Assembly (NCBI RefSeq): GCF_036321535.1
Contig: NC_087437.1
Location: 6,014,001-6,078,000, forward strand
Direction: 5' to 3'
DNA length: 64,000 bases
Source of the DNA: Camelus dromedarius
Lineage: Eukaryota
The notes beneath the pieces were generated by a model. The model saw only the letters and a program-made list of their open reading frames with translations, was not told the DNA's origin and ran no database searches. Positions 49,501 through 62,899 of the stretch are shown here, piece after piece. Every line of letters begins with the position of its first letter. Position 1 is the stretch's first letter. The translations under genes and the position numbers were made by a program.

Positions 49501-51589
49501 AACAAAACCTACTGGCCAGACCCACGCGACAGCCCAGCGGTCAGAATGAATGTGCTCTAGCAGGTGGGGAAACTGTGTGGGAAGAGTGTTTGTAACTTCT
49601 GGCTGACAGCAAGAGTATTTTATAATAAGAGGGTGCCTTAATCACCAGGAAGAATTACCACGAATCCGGCAATCTTTACAGAGTTTCAAAATGTGATCTT
49701 AACAAGTTTTCCCTGGCCTGCCTGTCCATCTCGGGTGGGGCCCCCCCGTCTGCCGGGCTTCTGGTCCCATGAACAGTCCGAGCTCTTTTCTACCTTGGAG
49801 TCCTTTGTTTGAGAAACACACAGTTCTACTCTATGAAATGTTCAAACATAATAAATAACACATTTCTAATACAGGCTTAATAAAAATTTTTAGATTACTC
49901 TTTTACAGATTTTTGAAAGCCACCATGTACTCAGAAGTAAAACTTCAGGTTTTTTAAATACTAGCCTATGTCAAAAAGTCTGTATTTCTGACTGAGTGTG
50001 AAGATACAGCCGATTAATCCCCAATACCTGTAACTATAACAAACATCCAGTTGGTTGTAATCTAGTGATAAAAATGATACCTAGTCACGAAGCTCAGATA
50101 CAAAGAAAAAAACAGAGAAAACATACACAAAAAAATGATTCTCCAAGAATGGCAGTTTTTAGAGAAATGTTCCAGGTTTTGGGTTAAAAAAAGGGGGATG
50201 CAGAAGATAGAAGTAACACATTCTTTCTGTAAAAGAAAATCAGACAAGAAACATCCTAGAAAATCTGAACAGAACCTCGGATGGAAGCCTCATGGAAAGT
50301 AAGCAACGGCCCTGTGCGTCCTCCTCAAAGACGTGTGTGCTGTTTTAGGTCCCTTACTTACTGCTCAGAGAAGAAGATGTTCCCTGAATGCAGCATCTCC
50401 AAACACCATCGCTTGGCTTGAACCCACTCACCACTTTTTTATTCTGATAGATAATATTTTACTAAAGCCATCTGCCATTAAAAAAAGTTGCAGGTACAGT
50501 GGGCTTTTTTTCTTGAAATTAAAGAGTAAAAATCTATTACCTGCGTAAAATCCGAAATGCGAATATTCAGGCTTTTTATCACTTAAAAAAGCAAAATTTA
50601 ATATAACTCCAAACAAAAGCCAAATCAGAATTGGCCAAGAACACTGTACACTATATTTTTACAGCATGTTTCTGTGTACAAGAATGACTGTAAAATTAAA
50701 TGGTCTTATTTCTAGTAATTTTCTCCCATAAACAATAACAGTCACTTGCTAAAAGGGATGCTTGCGGACTTACCAGAAATAATTTTTGGGAATATTCTAG
50801 TCTTCAAAACAAATGGTAGCTGTCAAATTCCTACTGAATAATCTAAAATGTTAATCCATGTACTGTATTTCATTTGTAATAAGTCTTTGTGATGAGGTTA
50901 ACACTTCAACATACAACACAAACAAGAGAGCACCGAAAAATGAAAATTACTTTGCTTATGCTTCCATATTAGAATTTTATTTGCTAAAGGGTAAAAACAG
51001 ATTTGCAAAACTCACAGTTGACTTAAAACAATACTTTTAAACCTTTTATTCCTAGCCCTTACTGCCTTCAGGAAGGAGAAAACATCTGGTTATTTAAGGA
51101 ACACAATATGTTCACATTTTCTATGACTTTTGCTTCTAATTGGGTTTTAAAATTTTTTTTTTTGAATTTGAACAACTAGTTAGAACCATGTTTTTTAATC
51201 ACTTCATATTTTTCAGACTGTCCTCCCTCTATCCCTCTGCTCCATTTAACAGATTGTTTTTGGAAATCTGCTCAGTGATTCTAACATGATGAAAGATAAA
51301 AAAAACAAGAATCAGGACTGTGGCCTGAAGAGCTAAGCTCAGAAACCGTATCATAAGGTGAACGGGACACAGGATGCTAGTCATCTGACGTCGGTTTCTT
51401 CATATAGCATGTATTTAACATTTCAAGTAGTTCCTGGGTCATTTAAGTACATGGCAGTTTGATTTATTACAGGTGCAAAAGTTTGCTCCAAAAGAAAAAA
51501 AAAAGAATTTGTATGAGAAGTATCAGTAACTAGGATTCCACTATTTTTAAAACTGATGAAGCTACAGCCCTTGTCAAATGGAAAGCTGG

Positions 51590-51745
51590 CTGGAAGACTT
51601 GGGTTAAGCTGCTAGTTCAGCCACCGACGAGCTGTGTGACCTTGAGTCTGTCTCCTGACTTCACTCTGACCTTCAATTTGTTCATATACAGAAGGAGAAG
51701 CTGAATTAGACTCTCCAGGTTCTTTGCAGTTCTGGAATTCTGGCC
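51590..51745 (+). mobile_element. MIR fragment
   Basis: MIR core AGCTGTGTGACCTTG. Confidence 0.55.
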
Positions 51746-54700
51746 ATCTAAGTGAAGACACTGACTAGATTCTTTATTGTGTCTTCTCTGTTCCATAATA
51801 TCTGACAGTGGTAACAGGTTTTCAAGTAATTCTGACAGATAGCAAGTTAAGGAACTAAATGCCCTTTTAGTTCAATTTGTGGGGTTAATTCACCATCTTG
51901 ATAAAAATGGCAGCTGACAAACAGACCACTGGCGATGGTTTCTATGGAGCGTAGGTATGGGTTCTAGAAATCCATGAGGTGAGTGAGGTCCACCTAGCTC
52001 AGAGTCAGGGCTGGAAGAGGCTTAGCATTTGAATCAGAATTCAATTCTACTGTTTTCTCAATACCAATCACTGCGGGATACAAAGCTAAATGCTAAAAGG
52101 TGAGCAGGGTCACGAGGAGGAATAACTCATAAAAGATATAAACATACAGCAAAAATACAAGGTGCGGTGAGGACTCAGGGAAGCTGTGCGTGTCTGGGGA
52201 GCCTGGGAGTGGCTTCCTGAAGAAGGCGGAACAGACGCTGGCAACCACAGGAGAGGTGAGTAGAAATGAGGGTCAGGGAACCACTCCAGCTATTTTGGAA
52301 GCGTGGAGATTTTCGGCCTTGGGAAAGCCACGTAACCCTACCCTCTGCACTGAAAAGGCAGGAGGAGAGAGAAGCCGTGCGTCTGTCGCATAGCTTGCTG
52401 TGGGGACCAGACTAAGCATGTCAGAGCCCTGGGAAATGGTGAAGGCGTGTGATCTGTGCTTACAGTTTACAGGCCCACGACTCGGTCTGTTCCAATGAGG
52501 GATGTGCTCACAGTGAAGCTGACACCTGAGATAAAACAACTAACAGCTCCGCGTCTCCAGTGCTGCTCAGTGTGTCCTCATCCGAGCTCCCCCTGCCGGT
52601 GCCGGGTTTGGGGGGGGGGGCGGCAGGACCCCGCGCTTCTCTGAAGGCTGACAATGACCTTCTGGAGGCTCAGAGCCCCCCATCCATTTTCATGTGACTG
52701 AGTCTGTCAGCAGCGCTCAACACAACAGCCACGCGAGGCTGGGCCACACGGGAGAGTGCACCTTCCTGCCTCAGACCTCATCTACTCATGTGCTTCATAG
52801 AGACCTGTGTGTTTCTAGACTCACCCCGATTTCGATGTTTCACCATTGTCAGTACACAGAAAACACTGAGCGCACTGTAGTGTCTGGATTTTCAGAGGAT
52901 GTGGGTGGGGTACCAGCTCCACCTTCCCCTCTCTTCTCTCCCCTCGGTGTACATGGCCCCCTGTAGCACTTTATCTACACTGAAAGCTCTGTCAACTTGT
53001 GGATTTTCACTTTTTCATATGTACCTTTGTAGCACTGGATTGGATCTTATTAGATCATTAGAAAGTCTGCTCTTAACGAGCAAACGTTGCTCTGGTTGGG
53101 CAGGTTATTAGAGACAGTTTAATTCAACCACCAAAGAAAAGAGCAAGACTTGGGAAGCATGAATTTCCCTAAATCACCAGGATGTTTGGTAGGAGAGTCA
53201 AGATGTGACCCGATGTCCTGATTCCTAACTCTGGCTCCTTGCAAGACACAGTGATAAACCTACAGTTAGCATACGTGCCGAGTGACATTTACTACATGAT
53301 GTCACTGGATCAGCCATCACATACATCTGGCTAAGACTATCCCCTCACGGGGTCACCCACCTGAAACCCCCTAGCACTCTATAGCTTTCTGTCATTTTCC
53401 TGACAGACGTCTTCACTACATGCACTCGTTCTCAGGAGCTTCTTAAACACGACTCCCTCCTTCCACCCAATTTCTTATGTCTCAGCAGTATCAGTTTAAG
53501 GCTGTACCTTTTGGCCAATATCTCTATTATGTTTTTACTTGGTAAGACCCTGAACGTAAAAGTGGGTACACTGTTCTTTTAGATATTTGTACTACTGTGT
53601 TTTTCTCTTAAACTTTAGAGAATATATATTTTTAATGCCTGCAGAATTGGCTTCCTTATACTCTGTATTATATATACAATCTTACTGAGATTAAAAGCAC
53701 TGAATTAAAATCACAGATTCCACTAAGAACACTGATGGATTTAGTACACAGAATTCTGCAACAGTGAGACAGATGATTCATAGGTAGATCAACCCTGTTT
53801 AGCCAGGGAAAAGCTACCAGCATCGATAAGATTAAAATAAAATACTCTTTCCTCCTTTCAATTAAACCAAACAAATCACACAAGCAGAGAATTAGAATAG
53901 TTATTTCAGCAATTTCCCCCCAACTCTAATTACTCTAATTAATTCCTAATGCTGAGCTGACAGAATTTACCATAAGTTTGTAGACCAAAACTCAGATACC
54001 TCACTGACCAGCAACTTCATTCTTTATTCCTTTTATAGATATGTCATTATCTTGGTCATTTCATGTTAAAAATAGATACTTATACACCCTAAATATACAT
54101 TAAAAAATGGAACTTTAGATTTGTCTGACTCCTAAGCCTTACCAGAAAAAAAGTGCTACCTTACGTATCGGAGAAATAATGGATTATATTTCTGATACTT
54201 AATGAAATTTTGTGTAGGAGAAATAACATTAAAATGGTGTATTTCTGCAGAAAATGGATATAGGCTCAAGGGAAAAAAAAGTATTTTAAATCAAGCAAAG
54301 AATAAATAAAAGGTTGCTGAAATCAAATGCTGAAGTCAACAACCGAGGAAAGGACAGAAATCCTTTAGAATCAAAATGCACGTTGAATTTGTAGGTCCAA
54401 GTCGATCAGACAGACTTTGGCAGTGGAATCCACAGACAGACTGACTCAAAGGCAGTTCGACAACTGCCAACACGCCTGCTGGGAGTTCTGCCAAAGAGCC
54501 AAAGGCTGGGATTACCACCCGAGGCCTGGCATTCTCCTATTCGTGTTTGAAGCTTTCTCTCTTATACTTCATCCAATATTTTTGTTTGGCTCAAAAGCAT
54601 CGAAGATTCACAGATTTTTTTAGATCATTAAATGTTCTTATTTTCAAGAAATATAACATTAGTTGTAAAAGAGCACACTTTTCCTCTGGAGTGTAAAGAA

Positions 54701-55036
54701 AATTTTGGTGACTTTACGTTCAAATAGAGAAATCAGCATTAAAGTCTGCTTAAATCTTTATTAGGTTAACTCTTCACCCACAAAATGAGAAATATGTGAT
54801 ATATCTCAATTACTAAATAACTGAAATATTTAGTATTTCATTGTATCATAAGCTTTTAGAAAACTGGTCCTTTTTATAGCTCTCATGTCTTGGTCTTCAC
54901 GTCGCCCCTGAGGCTCCACCTGGATTGCCTCTGTGAGGGGTACCAGTGATCACGCAGTGTGGGTCCAGGGAGCAGCAGTCATGAGGAAGACAGGGGGGCA
55001 GAACGACCCTCCAAGGGACAAGAGATGCACACCTCA

Positions 55037-55077
55037 GTTTCTCATGGCAACGTCCACTTCATTTGCCTGCTGATTGG
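55037..55077. promoter_or_regulatory. Candidate X-box plus inverted CCAAT (Y-box) pair
   Basis: GTTTCTCATGGCAAC at 55037-55051 and CTGATTGG at 55070-55077. Confidence 0.35.
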
Positions 55078-55252
55078 CTGATCTGCCCAAGAGGCATGTA
55101 AGTTTTGGCCTGCAGCTCTAGGCAAATTCTTTCACTAGGCAATTCATCTGCCACTAGACAAGTTCTACATTAGGAATTCTTGGAGTCGTATTGAGAAACC
55201 AATTTTTCACCCAACTTAAAACTGTGCACATCAGCCCACTTGCAAAGCTTAC

Positions 55253-55359
55253 CTTTGGGTCTCGAAGGAACAGAGCTTTAAGAATCAGTGAGTGGACATC
55301 TCCAATTAGTGGATAGTGCATCAGAAGGCCGAGACAGGTCTGGTAGTTACTCGAGATCA
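55253..55359 (-). CDS. TBC1D5: TBC1D5 internal coding exon (107 nt), (L)ISSNYQTCLGLLMHYPLIGDVHSLILKALFLRDPK
   Basis: Peptide matches the recalled TBC1D5 sequence just C-terminal to the TBC core. Minus-strand acceptor TGATTCAG|TG and donor AAG|GTAAGC. Its phase-0 end joins exon 24554-24639 in frame. Confidence 0.95.
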
Positions 55360-57229
55360 CTGAATCAGGGGGGGAAAAGCATAACTGAGAAGCAATACTG
55401 TTTAAGATATCTGCATTACTAAGAGAAACAAAGTAACAACTTAGATTTAAAGAAAGCAAACCAATAACTCAACTGATTAGATAAAAGGAAATGAGGGGAA
55501 AGGATCGTTACCAAATGGTCTTTGAAGCAGCGCACTGCACTGTTGACTGCAATCTAATGCACTAGCACTGGTCCTCAGGGGGTGCTGGAAGGAAGTGCCT
55601 CGAATAGAGATATGTGTGTGTGTTTGCAATATAAATAAACTCTTAGAAGCATGCATATTTATTGCCATTTATATGGCTGTATTTAAATGTCTCTGGTTTT
55701 GCTACTTGGAAATTAGTAACAAAAATCTTATGAATGGGAAAGAACCAGCTTAAAATTCTTGTAAAATAATATTTACCCTGGTTATTACGCTTCACAACTT
55801 ATATGTTACATTTATTTTTTTGTATATGCAAACATTTCCTAACTCAAAATTACAGAGAATATAATTTCTTCCAATTATTTCTTTTCTTAAAGGTAACCAG
55901 AAATTCAGGGAGAATATTTATGCAGCATTTCTGGGAGGAAAAGTGTCAACCTCTTCATAGATGAGCCGAACTGTGTTCCTTAGACTGCCACTTAATTTTC
56001 CCCCCCAAATCAACCTAATTATGGCTGCAATTATTAAACACATCTTTCCAGGCAGGGCTGTGTGAACTACTTCATTTCTTGGCAATCCGTCTGCCACTGC
56101 TGTCACAGTCCCGCCCATCAGCGTCGCCGGTTTGTAAGCCAGGCTGACTGCCTGGGCGGTGGCACAACTGGGAAGAAACTTTACAGTTACAACTTCCTGC
56201 TGTTGCGACTGAATCCTTTTCATTAATTCCCACAGTTAGTTGAAAGATGTTCCACAGGAAAACAAGTGGGGTCCACCAGAAACAACACAAATCATAAAAT
56301 AAACAACTGTCTGTTATCAAAAAATACCCTGTTCTTCGACTTTTCTTCTGCTGCTGCTGGAAACATCACTCTTGCTGCAGCTTCCCCACCCGCCCGCCCC
56401 TCCCCTGTACATTACGGAGAAGGAGACAGGACCGGGCAAAATGAATAATTATAATCTATGTGAGGAAACACTTTATCATCTTCATTTCCGTCGCTGATCT
56501 GACAGCTTGTAATTTCATACATCTGCTTTCACTTGTAAAGTACTCACTTACCCTACCCTTTTTTATCTGTTCACACTCTTCTTTTCTTATTTGTTCATTT
56601 TATCATATTCACATTCAGTTACCTGTTGCCTTTTTCTCTCTAGAACTCAAACACCTAGGCTACTGCAAAGAGTGTAACATTTCATGTACAGTTTTCTTTG
56701 CAATCTAACAAGTTAATAAAACTTAGATAATCAATTCCTTTTCTAACTCATAAACTGATTATCCCATGATAATGATTATACATTTGCAACTGACCCAGGA
56801 AGAATTCTTGTCTATTTTGTAAGAGAGACAGGACAGCGGTCTGGCAACGGTTCCAGGTTCGAGACTCAAAGGTGCGGACTCTGATCCTGGGACACCCCTG
56901 GAAGCCTTTCATAAAGTGGCCTGTAGACTAAATGATATAATCTAAGTGACTGATTTAGAACAGCTATTCAAAACCAGTTGGGGGTAACCTCTCTGAGCTT
57001 AAGTGTAGTCATTTGGAAAAGAACTTTCTGATTAAAAAATAAATTATCTGCCTACATCACTCATGCCAATATTTGTTGAGTACCTAACCCACGACAGGCC
57101 CTGTGTTAGGAGGGGAGAACACGGTCCTTACCCTGCAGGAAATTAAAGTACAGAAGGGTGGGTGTGTAATGACAAGCAGGTGTTACCATTGTTCTCTCTA
57201 AGAGGACAGTGCACGGTGGAAGGCTTTCT

Positions 57230-57445
57230 GGGACCAGGCCCTGTACCAAGACCTCCACCTGCATTACCTCATTTAATTTCTATGATCGTCTTTTTATAAG
57301 GGTACAGTTATCATCCCTGCTTCACAGATGAGAAAACTGATCGTTGGCAAGGTTACGACACTTGCCCAGAGCACACGGTGACTGGGGGGTGGACCAAGCT
57401 TTGAAGTGTGTGAGTCAGGCAGCAGCGGCAGGGCTCTAACACATG
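57230..57445 (-). mobile_element. MIR
   Basis: CTCATTTAAT...ACAGATGAGAAAACTGA...AGGTTA.GACACTTGCCCA is the reverse MIR core. Confidence 0.7.
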
Positions 57446-58024
57446 GTTTTGTTTTAAAAGGCCATTGTTTTGAAAACCAGAGGACATAATGGGTGCAGAT
57501 AATCCCTGCAAACAGCAAAGTCAGTTAATCTTTATATTCCTGTGTAGCAGCTGTGAGTAGCTAGGAAGATCAGCACAGCCCAGTTTGCAAAACAGCCTGA
57601 TGTGGAAGGTATTTACTTGGAGGGACCAGAGCAACAATCCTATGTTATTACAGCTCGACGACACATTTGAACCCACGGGAAGCTGTAAAGCACACTTACA
57701 AATACAAATAATATGCAGTTTACAAAATAAGAGAAGCTAAATCACAGATTCATATTCTACTTGTACAACAAATGAAGGAGCTAACATTCTTCCTCTCATT
57801 TCTCCCATCTGTCCGTCCGTCCATCCATCCGTCCAGTCACTGAATGTAATGACTGTTTCCTGAGCATCTGCGAGATCCTGTGCTGGGCAGCAGCCCTAGG
57901 GCTATCATGGCGCACAAGCCTGAGCTCCAAAGGGAAGTGGAGCAGGGCGCCCTGATATGTGGCTGTAGGAGTTTGGGTCGCGCCACCCCCAGATGTGCCA
58001 CTTTGGTACAGTGATGACTGGGAG

Positions 58025-58410
58025 CTGTGGGCACCTGAAATCAGCAAACGCAGGGAGAGGCTTTCTCTGAACTCCCCTTCTCTTTGCCTCCCCTAAAGAT
58101 AAATGCTGCAGAAGGAACTCAACTGTCCTAAGTCCCTCCAGACAAACTCTGGCACAAACTATCACACCTCTTCTTCTCAGGGCCCATTTGTCTTTCCTGA
58201 GAATCACTGACTCTTCTCTCAGAGGCCTGCACCCCCTCCCTGAAATCCCCACTTATCTCTTCGAGGGCTGCTCATTTCCCCTGGGTATCTCCACGTGTAC
58301 ATGAGGTATGCGTGTTAGTAAACTTGCCTGTTTACCTCTTGCTAATCTTTTTGTTAAAGAATCCCAGCTGAAAACCTAGCTGGGGGAGGTCAAGTTCTCC
58401 TCGCACGTTG
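58025..58410 (+). mobile_element. ERV1-type solo LTR (MER34/MER39-like)
   Basis: Degenerate polyA signal GTTAGTAAACTT and 3' motif TTGCTAATCT...CCCAGCTGAAAACCTAG..GGG.GAGG typical of this group. Confidence 0.5.
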
Positions 58411-59639
58411 CACCTGCCTTCAGATAACACCGTCTCTAACTTAGTAGTGAGCCCCTGTACTTGTCCTTCCAGAGCTGTTGTAGTTTGCAATCACATATGC
58501 CAAGTATGAAGTCCCTTTTAAACAACTGCGTCCAACTGAGTGAACCAAAAGAGAGTAATACAAGCTATTTTAAAAACAACGCAGTTGGAGTCTGATAGAA
58601 TAGGAATTTCGTTTTAAACTTTACAGTAAATTTTTGTTGAATTTGAAAAACTCATCCACAATACTGTTCCTTCTCCAGGATTTATTTTATCAGAGCAGGG
58701 CAGTGACACAAGGGAAAAAGTGAAGGACTGAAAAAAGACTGTGTTTTGCCATTTGCCTACATTGAAACTGGGTTTGTATAGGCTTTAAAAACAAAGGACT
58801 GAAGCCACGCTCGGAAGAGCTTATTCGGGAAGGTTGAGACAAAGATGAGTGGTGTCCGGAAAAACCTACTGAATCTGAAATCAGACAATCTAGACTAGAA
58901 TCTAGATTAGACCTACATCAGATGCTGGCTAGTCATTTGTTACGTGTGTGAATTCAGGCAAGCTGCTTCATGAAATCTTTATTTCTCTCATTTATAAATG
59001 GAGCTGACTGTTCTGGCAGGGGCTCTGTAGGAATGGCCCACATACATGGTCGTGTGTTTCCCCGCTCGCCTCAACTCTGGCTGAATAACACTCTCTCCAC
59101 GTGAAGCAGAGCTGACCCCCGTGTCTCTGCCTTTAGATGGCCCGCACTGTTCTGCAGTGGTCTAAGGGAGTTGGTTTAAACAGTTTCTTCAGCGGCAACA
59201 AACCAACAAAATAATGAAATCAGTAAAGATAATCAGAGGCGTGATTGTTTGAGAAAGTTTAAAGCAATGCACGTCATTAACTTACGAGTAAGTCAACGTT
59301 AACTACACCCGCAACTGTAACATTTCTAAGTGAAACACTCTTCAAATTGTTTAACTTCGTATTTAAGTACTTCTCAAGGTAAAAAAAATAGACTAAGAAC
59401 AACTGAAATTCAAAAAAAAATTAAGCACATATAATGTGCCTGGCAGCTTGCCATGTATAATACCGACAACACCCCACACGTCCTGCTAACGCCCCGAAGG
59501 GAAGTGCTACCATCACCCCCGCGTGATGGATGAGGAAGTGCAGGTGGATAAACACCTCTAGACTTCCCCGTGTCCCTGGCAGAGATGGTCACAACAGGGG
59601 CATCTGAGTATAGAAGTCAAGTTCTGACAACACGCATGG

Positions 59640-60207
59640 CCTCTGTTTCTTATTTTGTTCATTTGTGTCCTCTTTCTTTTCTTCTTGGTGAGCCTGGCAG
59701 AGGTTTGTGAATTTTGTTTACTCTTTCAAAAAATCGGCTCCTGGTTTGATTGATTCTATTTTTAAATTTCTGTTTTATTTATTTCATCCCAGATATTGAT
59801 TATTTCTTTTCTTCTGCTGACTTTAGGCTTTGTTTGTTTCCTTTTACCTAATTCTTTTAGGGGGTAGGTTAAGCTGTTTATTTGAGATTGTTCCTGTGTT
59901 TCTAGTCAGGCCTGTATTGCTATGAATTTCCCTCCGAGGACTGCTTTTGCTGCATCCCATACATTCTGTGTGGCTGTATTTTTATTGTCATTTTTCTCAA
60001 GGTGTTTTTTATTTTCCTCTTTGATTTCGTTGTTGATCCATTGGTTTTTTAGTAGCATGTTGCTTAATCTCCATGCAGTCATTTTTTTCTCATTTTTCTT
60101 TCTGTGGTTGATTTCTAGTTTCATGCCATGGTAGTCAAAAAAAGATGCTTGAAATAATTTCTCTCCTCTTAAATTTGTTGAGGCTTGTTTTGCATTTGAG
60201 TACATGG
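59640..60207 (-). mobile_element. L1 ORF2 fragment (end of endonuclease/linker)
   Basis: ORFs 59906..60205 and 60135..60332 give SLNKFK, MKLEIN, WRLSNMLLKNQWINNEIK and WDAAKAVLGGKFIAIQA, with frameshifts. Confidence 0.9.
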
Positions 60208-61677
60208 TCTAGCAGATGGCCTCTGAACTCCAACTCTGTTGTGAGCCACAGAGAAGCCTCCCAGACACAATGAAAAGAGCCCTCAGGGTAGAAGGCCAGG
60301 TGTAGTAAATATTCAGACATAAATTTAGGCACATCTTCTTGTATTTAGCTATAAAACAGCATATAAAATAAATTATCATGGATTAAATATAAAACAAAAA
60401 TAATGAGCTAACAACAAAAAGAAAACCTTAAGGCTTTAACACAACGTTGTACCTCTCCACTGAAAACAAAGGCAATGTGTACAGAAGTGTCTTGCAAAAA
60501 ACCTGGCATGCAGAAGACATTCAACAAATGCCATATACTCTGGAAAAGTATTAGGGCTCCATGCAGGAAAATATGCATAATTACCACATGCAGCATCTTC
60601 AACTATTTGAAAACCCTTACCATCTTAACTTTCCCAGTTATAAAATGGCTACTTACAAAATGGGATTTCAAATGGACCAGAAAACCAGGTAGGGGCTGTG
60701 AGTAAATCATAAATGATAACAACAACAGTTTTGTTCTCTGTCGCCCTGGAGAAAGCCAAGTATAAAACAGCACCGCATCCTTCTCCATACAAAGGGATTC
60801 CGTCTAGTTTTGAACACCCTCCTAAGATTCTGTCCTTCTGGGTCTTCCTCCCTGGTTGCCACTGTGACAATGACGTCTCTTAGCACCATTTGTCAGCGTA
60901 ATAACCCTCAAAACCAAAGACGGCACATGCTCTTCAGTGAACAGTGGATGATCCTTATTTCTCTAGTAGATTTTGTGCTGTGTAACGTGGTGTTTTTAAA
61001 TTAGATATCTGTAGGGAGGACAATCTCAAATTTAGAACAGCCTACTCTTTTGTCTAGAAAAAGACTTTAAAAACTGTTCTTCTTACTGCTTTTCAAGCTT
61101 AATACACTTTAAACAATTTATTTTAATCATAGATCAAACAGCATAAGAGATCTGTGCGCAGGAATTTATACCTTTAAACATACAGTGTTGCCAGTTAAAA
61201 GGCAGTAAGTATGTAACCATCCTAGTGTAGAACTGCTAGTGGGCTGGATCCAATCACAGGAGAAAGAACACTGTACTAGACAGTCAGAATGACAGCATAC
61301 CAGCTCCACAGTGGCACTGGGACTGGCGGTGAAACTTTCAGTAAATCAGTTAACTGTATAGGCTAAAGTTGTCCCCACTGTCTCTCTCTCACTACCCACT
61401 GAGGGAATGAGTGAGAGGATACAGTGAAGAAATCTTTGAGTCTTTTAGTGTGAGTTCCTGCCATTAATGTAATCATTGCAGTGATGCACTTGGAATCAGG
61501 GCCTGAGTTCTGTTTCCATATCCATAAAATGTCATGGAAATAAAGTCTGAAAGAATTTAGTGTGTATTAAGATTTGGGAAAGAAAACAGTAAGCCTAATT
61601 TATAGTTTTTGTGTCTCAATTTTTAATCCAAATGAAGGGAAACTATAGCTCAGGTTTTTTATTTGTTCGTTAATCTG

Positions 61678-61678
61678 A

Positions 61679-61709
<31 letters not shown>

Positions 61710-61713
61710 ATAT
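61678..61713. repeat. (AT)n microsatellite
   Basis: Directly visible, with one interruption. Confidence 0.9.
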
Positions 61714-61849
61714 AAATTTTTTTTTACTTCATTAAGCTTAGTGCTTCTTAATGCCCTACTCAGAAATAAGATCTGTCAGTAGAAATGGCTGAAGTACAGA
61801 AGATATTTAAGAAGTCTTGACAACACCCCTTTCTCTTTGTCAGACTTTG

Positions 61850-62480
61850 TATATTCACTCATTTAACAAACATTTATTAAAAACCTATTTTATCCCATAT
61901 ACTGAGTTGGGTCCCAAGGACACGACAAGAAATAAGGCACAATTCCAACTTTCTCTTCGTATTCCAGTGGAAGAGGAACATGACACTAACTGCAGCAGGA
62001 CAGGGCTGATGGCCGTGGCACAGCTAAGAGCTGTGACAGCTCCTGGAGCAGGGGAAGCCGGCAGGGCGGTCAGGGTGCCGGCCCACAGCGTGTGCCAGCG
62101 AAGGGAGGCAGGACGCCGGGGTGCTGGGGACAGCAGAGAATGCAGGGGGAAAGCAGGCCGTGCTGATACACAGGGTGCAGAGTTTAGATTTTTCTCTGCA
62201 TTTGTGAGCATTCGCTGGGGGAATGTAAGTAATGTGGTCAGATCTGTGTTTCAGAACGGCCGATGCTGGAGTAAGGTGACAGTGGGAGGGAGGGGACGAG
62301 GGACCAGAGGCGAGGGGCTGGTCAAGTGTCCAGTGATGCTACCTGGCAGAGAAGCTGCACACCTGAAGTAAGGAAGGGGCAGAGCGGACAGTGGACAGAC
62401 ATGGCTGGAAAAATGGATCGGTCTTTGTATGTGATTCAACCTGGGGAGTGTGTGCTGATGAGAGATGGAAAAGGCAAATC
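61850..62480 (-). mobile_element. L2 fragment
   Basis: TTCACTCATTTAACAAACATTTATTA is the reverse L2 tail, followed by GC-rich L2-like body. Confidence 0.65.
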
Positions 62481-62899
62481 AGACAATAAGAAATTATCAA
62501 TAAAAATATTAACAAATTTATATAAGGCTACTTAAAGAATACAGCCACTTTTAATTATTTCTTTGTGCAAGTTTTAAACACAGGTTTTATTTTATGTGCA
62601 TGGTTTAAAGAGGCAAATCATTCCATAAGTCTGGTTATGAAAAAAGTACATGCTGTCTCCTGTCCCCTATTTCCTACTCCCCAGAGGCACTTGCTTTCTT
62701 TTAGCTGATTAAAAAAAATTACCTTCCATATTGTGAAAAGAACATGATGATGTTACTAATTCTTATTTGAAATGTGTCTGCTGACGGCCCATTCAAGAAG
62801 CTTTAACTCATCCTCAGCACTGAACCTCAACCCTCCACCAACCTCCACAGCACCTTCCTCTCTCCCCCATGAAGTTATATCAAAATTTTGGTTAGAACA

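Noticed and set aside
61817..62371. Longest ORF in the track (184 aa)
   Set aside because: Lies within an L2 remnant, has a non-ATG start and shows no recognisable protein family.
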